Of a stretch of DNA of 64,000 bases, positions 51,080-63,000 are shown one piece after another; position 1 is the stretch's first letter; the number at the start of each line of letters is the position of its first letter. This stretch comes from Octopus vulgaris (lineage: Eukaryota). The notes under the pieces are model-generated. The model ran no database searches. It worked only from the letters and a program-made list of their open reading frames with translations, and was not told where the DNA came from. The position numbers were made by a program, and so were the translations under genes. The stretch is from assembly GCA_951406725.2 (NCBI GenBank), contig OX597817.1, positions 66,650,001 to 66,714,000 of the forward strand. The letters are read 5' to 3'.

Positions 51080-54000
51080 TGGCTATGTAGCACTGTGAGA
51101 AGGTTGTGGGAGGCCACTTCTAGTGTTCTTTTTTATCAGAAATGAAGAGGGGTTGAGCTAGGGGCTAACAAACTCTTTTCATCCAACTTGCAGCAGAAAC
51201 CATCCAAAGAAACTATGAAACATAGTGAGCACAGATGGTTCAATATGCAGTATGGTAGGGAACAGTTAAAAGAATGAAGGAAGAAAGGAAACTAAATTAC
51301 TGTCATTTTTGCTTCAAACTATATAAAAGTCACATCACTATATACGTGAATGAAGACATCACTCATCACTATTTATGTGAATACACATCCCTGTTACATC
51401 ACTGTATGTGTGAATACATCTGTCATATCATTATATTTGTGAATACATTATATCACATCACTATATGTGAGAATAGCTCACTGTCACATTACTACATAAG
51501 CCAATTAGTATACCATTATCATCATGTCACATTCCTGTATCACTATTATATCATATCACTATTACAAACTACATCACAACCACAGTTTAGATTAACTCAG
51601 CTCAACAACAGGAAGAAAACTGAATTACATCATGTTTTTCTATCTATCGTCTTAAAGTCAAACCAATAATTACAATAAATAGCTTTAACTAAGAGCATTA
51701 ATATTATAAAAAACATAATGAAGATGATGGCAATGATGATGAAAGGATAAAGGTGGTAATGAAGATAAATGATAGCAATTATGATAACAATGGCAATGAC
51801 AAAGATAACAACGATAAGTATATGATGATGACAATGGTATTAAAGATGACACTGAAAAATTTATGATAATAAGGACTAGTTACAAACCTTGAAAACGAAT
51901 GTTGTAACACAGGTACCTCTTCCACTAAAGATTGAGATTCTTTTTCTATAGGCAATGTCTGCTCCGTCTCACTTGGTTCTTGTTGCTTTACATCACCTAC
52001 AGAAGCAAAACAAATAACAGTTTATCATAAACATCATCACCTTGTGTCATAAACAGACCACCACAATTACCTGTGCCACCATTGCTGTTACCACCAATAT
52101 CCCCTCCACCACTAGTAGAATGGTGGTCAAAATATTTCACAGTATTTACTTATGCCTGGCTTCAAATAGCTCCATGGCTGATTTCATATTTCCTCCTTAC
52201 AATATCAATAAAATAAGGGTCAATCAAAAGTATAATTGACAATATCATCCCCCTCCCCAATATTTGTGGCTTTGTACCTATTTTAAAAATAATTATTTTA
52301 AGGATAGTGGTTTGTCTTGTGATATTTCTTCTAAGTTCAAATTTTGCAAAAGTCAACTTTGCCTTTCACTTCTCTTGTGTCAATAAAATAAAGTAACATT
52401 CAAATACTATGATTGATTACCCATTTTATGCCAAATTTAAGGCCTTGTGTATCAATGTAAGAAATTATTATCTTTAGCATTAAGCTTCAAATAACAATAT
52501 TAGTAGAACAGTGTTGAAGCTGTCTTTACTTTTCATTTTTACTAGGTCCATAAAATACTAATCAAGAAGGGTTAATTCAATCAACACTGGCCTTGTGTTA
52601 ACAAATTATTATTAACATTAGCTGACAAGGTTGGTAGAGCAGTGGCAAAGTTATCGTTACCTTTCTTTCTTTCTGGGCCAATAAAATACCAGTCAAGTAG
52701 AGGAGTTAATTTAATCAATTTTAGTTTTGTGTTTTATGATACAAATTATCATTTTCATTAGCACTGTAATGACTTAAGAAACATACTTGTACCAATTTCT
52801 TGACAGTGGCACATGCCAATTCCTTCTAAGTGTTTCCATGGCTACAGATAGGAAGTCAACATTTTTGTTTTAACCCAGAATATGCAGATAATATTGCAAG
52901 TCAGAGATGTCAAATATTTCAGCAATATTTTCATTTTAGAAACCAAAGACAAACAAAAAAGGAAAACAAAATGTCACCATATATCAACAACATGACACTA
53001 TCCAGCTGCTGGGAAGTTGTGTCAGTAAATAGGTTGTAAGTATCTGCCAACATTGTTTAAAACATTTAATACTTTACAATGAAGGGGCATGGCCAAGTTG
53101 TTAGGGCGTTGTACTTATGATTATAAGATCATTGTTTCAATTCCCAGACCATTGAGCAAAACACTTCATTTCATGTTGCTCCAGTCGACACAGCTGTAAA
53201 TGGGTAACCTTGCATCAGATTGGCATTCTGTCCAAGGGGAATGTTGACCTCCTGACTAGCCAGTGGGGTGGCATCAAACAAAAGCTACATCAATGCAAGG
53301 AAGTGCATTGTGACCGTTAGTGTATAACAGCATCCAATAGTCTGGTTGATAAAGTGAATATTTTATAACACTGTTACAAAATAAAACAAAAAAATATTAA
53401 ATAGATGTTTTTTTTTGTTTTTAATTTATAATAAATTTATTACCTTTTAATGGTTTTATTGGTTGTAAATTGTTTTCAGAGAAAGCACTATCATCTACAC
53501 GTTTTGGAATTTGAAATGTTGCATTTGAGATTGGTTTTTCAACAGGAACAGCATTACTGACAGATTTAGTATTCTGAGTTTTGGGTGGGGTCTCAGCTTT
53601 ATTGTTATTTCCTGGACTATTGTCAAAAGGCACAAAAAATGACTCAGGTTGTGGAATACTTTCTTGCTTCAATGCTTTTGGTTTGGAACTGTTTGGTGGA
53701 GCTATGCCAGATGTCACTGGAGTATTTCCTGAAGTCAAGCCTTGAACAGGATTTCTTAATACTTGATTCTTTGAAAGAAGGTCTTCAGCAGCTTCTTCTG
53801 AAATATTGACAGGAAGCAATCAATACAAAATGTACTCAATACATGCAACAGAATTTATATATCCATTTGAAGCAGATGATTCACCTTCCCGCTACTCAGA
53901 GTTTCTTCCTATATGTGATTCTTCAGTTGAAAGATTGCACATAACTAGATACTCTGAGAAATAATGGAGTAGATCAAAGCTTGAAGCAAATATGCATGTG

Positions 54001-57000
54001 TGAGTGAGAGAGTGCAGGAATTATGTAGTTCAGAAGTTTGCTTCACAGCTAGATGGTTTCAGGGTCAATTCTACTGCATGGCACTTTGGTCAAGTATTAT
54101 CTATTGGGTCATCTCATAAATAATGCGGTTTTTAAAATTGTATGAAAAGTCAGAGGGGGACGGAATAAACTACCTGCATTAACTTGCTATAACAGTAGGT
54201 AGTAATTTTACCCTATTCTTAGTGCAAGTTTTGAAGAGTGCAGTTCGATTTTAACAGTTATTTTTCAAAGCTATAATAGAAGTGACAAAGGAGCATATTT
54301 GGCACATTTTGCTTTATGAATTCAATAAAGGCAACAATGCACCGGAAAGTGTGAGGAATATTAATGCAGTATACAGGGATCAGATAGGAAGCGTAAGTCA
54401 GTGTCGACAGTGATTCCAGAAATTCCGAGCCGGAAACTATAGCCTAGAAGATGAGCCTCATCCTGGAAGTTCTGTAGAGCTTGACGAGGACGTCCTACAA
54501 ATCCTGGTGGAACAAAATCCCATCATAGCTATTGAGGAACTAGCATAGAAGCTTGGATTTGGTCATTCAACCATTTATCAACAACTGCGCCCCATTGGAA
54601 AAGTCAGCAAATTGGGTCTAATTCAAGTCTAATCATGTGCAGTGAGTGAATGTGTGCTCTTCTTTGCTGTCACGTCTCATGACTGAACCCTTTTTGGACT
54701 GAATAGTGACTGGTGACAAGAAATGGGTTCTCTATAAAAATGTCAACTGCCAAAGACAGTGAGCAGGGAAAGAAGAAGCACCAGCACCCCAGGCTAGAGA
54801 TCTTCACCCATGCAAAGTGTTGTTATCTGGTGAGATATGAAAGGTTTAGTCCACTTTGAACTTTTAAACTCAAACCAAACGATAACAAAGAAGATCTACT
54901 GTGAGCAGCTTGAGCAGCTTAAATCAGCACTAGAAGGAAAATGACTATATTTGGTTTCAAGATGAAAGGTGTTCTTCCATCAGGATAATGCTCGGCAATA
55001 TACAGCGAGGATGACATTCCAAAGGTCGGAGCAGTTTGAATAGGAAACAATGCCCCACCCACCATATTCGCTGGAAATTGCCCCATTTGATTATCATTTA
55101 TTTTGCAGTCTTCAAAATCATTTGGACAGAAAAAATATGAATTCTGTAGATGAGGTCAGAACAATACTGGAGGAATATTTTTCATCATGGACAAGTGCAT
55201 TTTGGAAGAGGGGCCTTGGAAGAGCATTGTATAAAATAAAGGAGAGTATATTTTAGATTTATAAAGAACTATGTTTATCTTAATTTTGGAAAATAAAAGA
55301 AGTATTAAAAAATCGCATTATTTATGGGATGACCCAATACAATAGCCTCTGGTGGACCAATGCCTTCTGAGTGAAATAAAATTTGTAAATGGAAACTACA
55401 CTGAAGCCTATCATGTGTGTGTGTGTGTGTGTGTGCATGTATGTGTGTGTGTGTGTGAGGTGTGTGCACAAGTGTTTGTCTCAAGAGTCTTTGCATTGGC
55501 AATGTTTGGATATTGGTGATGTTTATATTCACCTTAAACAAAAAACTCTGCTTCAAAGTGACATGCAAAGACCACTGGCATAAAATGTCTCACTTGAAAA
55601 AATAACAGTTGGCATCAGGAAGGGTATCTGGTCATGCAATACTGCCTCAAAAAGTCTTGTCCAACCTATCATCTCCCTATTTTTCATCTATCTACAGTTT
55701 TGGTATACTGCTGCTTTCCACCCTTTCTGTGCTGTCACGTATCACCTCCTTCTTGAGTCACACCTATTTTTTTTACCTAAGCATAATTAAACTTAGAATT
55801 TCAACACAAAGGTACTGCAGTCAAAGACAAATGGAAGCAACTGCCCATGATTTAGTATCAGCATTGATTTTTGTTGGGTGGAGCTCATTAACAGAACTGG
55901 ACTAAGAACAACAAATTAATGAAATAATTATAAACTATATAACTTTGCCATCTCTCATAAGTACTGTACCAACCTAAAGTAACTGTTTAAAGCAAAGTAA
56001 ACTGAATTAGTAAGAATTTTAGTGTTTTGTTTGTGGAGACAGCATGGTGCTGGTGGAAAGATATGGACTATTGAATCACCAATCAGTTGTCAATCTGTCT
56101 ATAGTTTCAGTTAGCAGTGATATCCACCTTTATGTGCTTATATATGTATGTTAATCAGCAATGAAAGAAAACACTACTGACTACATACATGAATAATGAA
56201 GGACACAGATGTTAGATGTTACAAGAGCTGAAACAAGGAGTTACTTTGTGACTGCTCAACCTGTCAAAGACAACAACCAATTAGTCCTTGAGCTTTACAC
56301 TACTTTCTTAAAAGATCATATTGGATAATGTAGTCTGGAGTACACTATGTTTGAAAAAAGGTGGGATGGTCGTGATTAGAAGGATTTTTAATCATGGATC
56401 TGATTAATCACAACTGATTTGGGAATAAACAATAACATAAGGTCAGATCAGGTACAGGGTATGTGCCATTGAAGTGCATTGCTGCATCCATCATTTGTTA
56501 GTATCTGCTCAGGTTGTCTTGTGAGACCCTCAAAGCAGTGTCTCAGTCAGTTCCCATCTATGTAAGATTATTCCTCATCTGCTGTGACCATTAAGTTGTG
56601 GCATATCAACACAAGCTGTCACCCCAACTGGATCCTCAGAGAATCTGTGGTAATTGATAACTGAATGACTCTAAAAATTTTTGGGTGATGAATATTGAGA
56701 AAAATGAATTCTCCAAATGCTAAACTTTGTCTAAATGTAACATTCAAATAAATAAAGACATATTCATATACCATGAAAGACAGAGTGAGATACCTACCAG
56801 TTATTACCAGTGTTGGATCAACTAAAGATTTATTCTCCAGTATTTCAATGACAGAATTTCGATACTTCCATTTTTGTCGAGCTTGAGAGACTGCAACTTC
56901 ATCAGATTCTAAAATGGAAAAGTTCCTTATTTTCAACTGACTTTACTAAAAGGTGAAAACAGGCTAACTTACAAGAATATATTAGAAGTAAATGTGAAAA

Positions 57001-60000
57001 TATAATAGGGAATCTTCAATAAATCTCAATGTTTTTAGGGAGCAAATGTTCCAAAACAAGCAGACAAAACAACTGCTGCTGTGAAACAGGTTCATAAAAA
57101 AATTTTGTCAACCATCTTAATTCCCTCACACTTAGAGTTTGGTTGTAATGTCTTCATATGAACCTTATCTGTTAAAATGCCTTATGGAAACATTACAGTT
57201 ACTGATTCAATATAAATGCAAAATGTTTCTGTTACACTCCCTTAACATATAGAAGACATGTAGGCTTTGTATTAACAAATATTCTTTATAAAAAACATCT
57301 TTTGTTTGTATAATGTATATAACAATTTTGATGAAGATTTCAACAATAGTAATAGTGATGTGGTAATGTTGAGTATTTCCAGAAATTCAAATGTTTCTGT
57401 AAAGTAATACTGATAATAATAAATCTACTGGTGCTGTAACCATCTAAGGCTGTTGATATTCTGCATATGTTTTTGCATGCACAGTACAAGACCATCCTGA
57501 GTCCAGTAGATATCATTCATGCAACTTATTTCCCTTTGGAATTTTCTCCTCCATCTCTTTCACCAGTCTCCATTACTAGTTGGTGGCTTCAGGATCCATA
57601 CTCTGATATTTTCCTCTTCTTGATTTATGCTAATAGACTGTTGCTTTCTGGTAGTTTAATCTTTTCATAGATCCATTTATTGGATCTATATTCTGATATA
57701 CAGCTGATATGCAGAATTCTTTGCTATAACCATAGCTCAAATGCATCTAACATGTGCTCATCACTTTTCTTCAGAGCCCAGTTCTCACAGCCCTACATAG
57801 CAATACTCCTTATAAGTGATTTGACTAAGTTTAATCTCTGTTGACCTTCATATCTTCATGGGTTGTATAGAGGTTTATCTGGCCATGCCTTGTTATACTT
57901 TTATTTTATGTATGCTGTTACTACCAGCTGTTATGTATGAACCAAGACACTTCAAATGTTCCATCTGTTAAATTGGCTTTCTGCCTAGTTTAATAGGATT
58001 CTTACTACTATTATCTGCATTAAGCCTGTTTTTCTGGTATTGATCTTCAGGTCAACTTTTAAAGTAGCATGTTCTGTTTCCTCAACAAAGTGCAGAAACT
58101 TATAGGCTTTTGCAATATCATAAAAGCGGAGTAAGTACTGTAATATTATCTACTTTTTGCAATGCTATTAACTCACATGTAATTAGTATCATCTAAGTTT
58201 TTAAGAAACATACAGAGAAATGCACTTCCATGTAGCAACAACAAAAAAACCCCAAAAGAGTTTACCTGCGAGGGGATCTTCAAGGGGGAGGTTTTCTAAG
58301 TGAACTGTTTCTTTTTGACTCCATCGTAGACGAGGAGGAGCTCGGGATGGATCTTGGGGCTGAGTGGATTGAGAGAAGAAAATAACACAAACATACATTT
58401 AATATGATTTAAACAAAAGCACTTCACTTTTATTAAAATCTTACTTGACTTTGAAATAAAAATAAGCCACAGATGAATTAATTATTCTCCTAGTTTCTTC
58501 TACAACTACCACAACAGCAACTGCTCATGTCAACAAACTTGTGTACTACTTCTATTGAAGGTTACTTGTCATCTCAGCCTAATATTTACCAAATATTAAA
58601 CTATACCCAATCATTCCTCTCCAAAACTGCAATTTTCTAGAATTTTCCCATTTTCCTAGAGATTTGAACTGAATGAACTCAATCTTCCCATTTTGTTTGG
58701 TCAAAGACAATGCATTCTCTCCAATTAAACATTACAGAGTTCTAACATGGAAAGAAGCCAATAAATTGTACAGGATGGCTATAATTGATTACATTAATAC
58801 CAGTGTTTAGTTTTAAGACTTTATGTAGTTGCTCAACTTGCTAAAAATAGTAGCTAAATCTCCCTAAAATCACACTATACCATCTTAAAAAGAAGGGCAC
58901 ACTGAATGATGTAGTTCTAGATTACACTATATCTGAATAAAAGAAGCGATGCTTACAGTATAAATGTTTAATTGTAGGTTTGCTTAATCAAGACTGAACA
59001 ACAACAACTTTATTCAATAATAAGTTACTATGGAGACTAGTTTTTAAGAGGAGACCAGCATGTTAGAAAGATCACATTGTTAAGAGATTCTTTTGTACTG
59101 GTATTTACTACTACATTATAAGAAGGATAGTGCCAATATGATAGTAGAGAGACTAGTGTGTTAGGAGAGATCACTAAATAAAATTGAGTAGATTGTCAGA
59201 ATTGAACAAAATGCATTGCAGTATTTAGTTAAAGCCTCTTACATTCTGAGTTCATATCCCATCAAAGTCTTTACCTGTCATCCCTTGAAGGATGGGGGAG
59301 CAGGTGATAAAATAAGTATTGGAGTCTTACAATACATCTTAGATGTGAATGGAATTATAAGAGAAAATTGTTTGGCACAAAATACTTTTTATCATCCAAG
59401 GAGGAATTACATTTGCAAATAATTCTTTCAAATACAGGCAAGCACAAGGTTGCAAATTTGAAGAGTGCAGGCAGTCAATTAAATCAATCCCAGTATTAAA
59501 CTGGTACTCCATTTTATCAATCTAGGAAGGACGAAAGGCAAAGATGACCTTGATTTGAATACAAGACCATTTAAAAGCTGGCAGACATATTGTTATTACA
59601 TAGAAAAATGCGAGGATGGAAAGTAATATTCTTAAGATTATAAAACTGGAAAAGTACAGGACAAGTTATTACACCTGTAAAAGTATAGGACAAGCTATTA
59701 CTTCTAGTAAGGTGGCAAACTGGCAGAAACGTTAGCGAAATATATTGCTTCTAGTGAAGTAAAGAATAAGAAACTTTTTACTTAAAATATTGCTCATCTT
59801 TTAAATTTATTGTACAAAACTGTTCAGCTAATTTGTAAGTTTGTATAATTAGTCACTTTTTTCTGTATTTAAGGTAGTAAATTAGCCAAATTCTACTTAA
59901 ATAAGTATAGTGTTATTTGTAAACTATAATTGAATAAGTTTTAATATTCAAATTTAATTTTAGCTGCAATATTTTAAGTAAAAGTTTCTTATTCTTTACC

Positions 60001-63000
60001 TTACTAGAAGTAATAGCTTGTCCTATACTTTTACAGGTGTAAAACTTGTCCTGTATTTTTCCAGATTTATAATCTTAAGAATATTAGTTTTCATGCTTGC
60101 ATTTTTCCATGTAATCCATGATTTTTCCAGGCATTGCTGTTATAAGATAATTAATGTGCCAATTACTAATTTAAGATTTTACCTTATAAAATACTGAAAG
60201 ATAGTATTTCAATTTTTCCATGTAAGTGATGATAATATTTCAATTTTTTTCCTGTTTAATTTAAATATATATTGTGATTGAATTATTTGATATTACCCAT
60301 CCTCACCAAATTAATGGCAGGGATTTTTACCATGTTGTTGGTTGCACCATGGCTCACCAAAAGTTACAAACAACAAGACACCAAGACCATCAGTTACCAG
60401 GCTCACCTTAAGTAACTTAATTTTGCAATATTAGTAGGTCACAGGAATTCGTTCAATGAATAAAAAAATCTCCAATGATTCCAGGACGGGGGGGACACCC
60501 CACCTCATTTTTTCCAAACCAAAATAAGGGATTTGCAGCATATTAGGAGGTCAGGATACTTGATTCCACGCAAAAAATCAAATTTTGAGGGCTTTGCTTA
60601 GTGAAAATCGTCCGGCTGTTAATATCTGGCGGTGTTGGCTATAGCCTAGTCACCCATATAGTTAACCAGGTGATACATGATGGAGTCATACCCAATGATT
60701 GGCGTAGCAACACCACAGTCAACTGCTACAAAGGTAAAGGTGATGCTTTAGATACAAATAATTACAGTTGTTGGATCAGGTAATAAAGGTCACATAGACG
60801 GTCATAGCTCAACTAATTCAGGAGAGAGTCAGTCTAGATGAGATGAAGTTTGGGTTCGTGCCAGGGAAAAGCACCACTAATGTTATATTTCTGGTATGAC
60901 AGCTGCAAGAGAAATACCTAGACAAAGATAAACCTCTGTACCTGGCTTTCGTTGACATGGAGAAAACCTTTGACAGGGTCCTCTGATCCCTTATCTGGTG
61001 GTCAAATGAGGAAACTAGGGATAGATGAATGGTTAGTGAGAGCTGTGCAAGCCATGTACAGGGATGCTGTCAGTAAAGTGAGGGTTGGCAATGAGTACAG
61101 TGAAGAATTCCAAGTGTACCGTTTAAAACTATTAACAGTTTGCAATTTAGCTGAGAATTAGTGGTGAAGCTTGGAAGCCGCTGCGATTGATGAAATGGTG
61201 GACTTAAGAATATATTCAACCACTACCGTGACTTACCTTTTTCTCATCTTTATTAGCTCTTATGACAACATCCCTAGAAATAGAAAACAAATCTGTTAAG
61301 ATTAATGTCAAAAGTGGTTTGAAGTTATATTTATCTTTTACTTTTTACTTGTTTCAGTCTTTGGACTGGGGCATTGCCTTGAGTTATTTAGTCAAAGACA
61401 TTGACCTCAGTTCTTATTGTTAAGTCTAGTACCTATTTTATAGGTCTCTGTTTCCTGAACTGCTAAGTTATAGGGATATAAACAAATCAACACCAATTGT
61501 CAAGCAGTGGTTGGGGACAAAGACAAACACAAAAACACATACAAAGGGCTTCTTTCAGTTTCTGTCTACCAAATTCACTAACAAGGCTTTGTTTGGCCCA
61601 GGTTGTCATGCAGTGAGACTGAACTCTGAAACCATGTGTTTGGAAAGCAAATTTCTTACCACACACCCATGCCTATGCATACAATTAATTTTACATTAAA
61701 TTTTCTTATCCTGATTTTTAAGGGAGGAAAGGTGGCATCATGTAATGTTTATGCTTTCTTAAGGATTATTAATAATTAAGTGAAATGGAATACTAATAAG
61801 TTGGGTCAAATTACTGGATGGAAATGTCACAAATTCAAACTCAGCTAGTCAATCAGCTTTGTGCTTGGGCAAGGCATGTCACAATATATCTGTCTCTCTC
61901 TCCTTAGCTCAAAAATAGATAATAATTTCACAGTTGAGAAATTGGCAGCTTGTAGGGAAGAGCATGTGGCTGTAACAAATACATCTACAATATAAACTGC
62001 AATAAGTAAATCTTACTAAATTTTATAGACTCTCATCAATGCCTTGATAAACTCTGAGTACAACAATGATCCTCTTTTATACCCTACTTATTAGGAAGTA
62101 GTAAAGGAAGAGAAGTAAAAGAATGATTTGATAGTGAAGTGCCAGCCTAACAGGACACTGATATGTTTTCTGGCATCTTTTGTTGTTCCTGTACTTGAGT
62201 TGTCCCCAATAGCACTAAGATTTCAAGTCAGTTCCGTTTTAGGAAACTTATTTAAACATATAAAAGAGATGAGAGGTTTTAGCATCAACAGGCAGTGACC
62301 AGGAAGAAGCTAGCCTTTGGCTGTTTATTAATGTAACTAACAAGACTGAATTAACATCAGGATAATTAAGGTACCATTAAAAGTTAAAAACACCCCAGTA
62401 AATTTTCACTTTTCGGTGGACACTTACATATGATTCCTTAAAGATGAGAGAAATAATCATGTTTCAGATTAAAAGAAGACCACAGATTTTTAGCAGAGGT
62501 GGTGAGTGGAGGCGGGATATGGGATTAACTTGATTCCAGTCCATGCCTGGAACTTATATTATTGATCTTAGATGGATGAAAGGCACAACGACACTCAGAA
62601 AATTGATGGATGATACAAAATATTTTATCTCTCTTCGAACTTGACATTGAGGTTAATAGTCCAGTACCTTATCCTGATCTATGTAATTCAATATAACTAA
62701 TGGATAACCTTTTATTAAAATAATAAAACCAGATTAAAAATCTATTGGTTATGCATTACATACTCCTTTGAGATCTCCAGACGTGGTTTCTCTTCAACTC
62801 CAATCTCTCTCAAAACTTGTGTCACAGATTTCGATGATGGTTTAGGCCTGAAAATATAGTTATGTATGTTCATATGCAAGGATAAATTAACAAAATTATA
62901 TCTAATAACACTTTTCTTTTTCTGAAGCGAAATGTTCATGGTTTGTGAAAACTGCACTTAGAGTAGAAGGCAAGTTAGATTCATTTTGTGGAACCATCTT

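Noticed and set aside
52787-52841. Possible extra NEK1-like exon (ctgtag...gtatgt)
   Set aside because: At 55 nt it breaks the phase 1-1 join between the flanking exons, and it has no recognisable motif.
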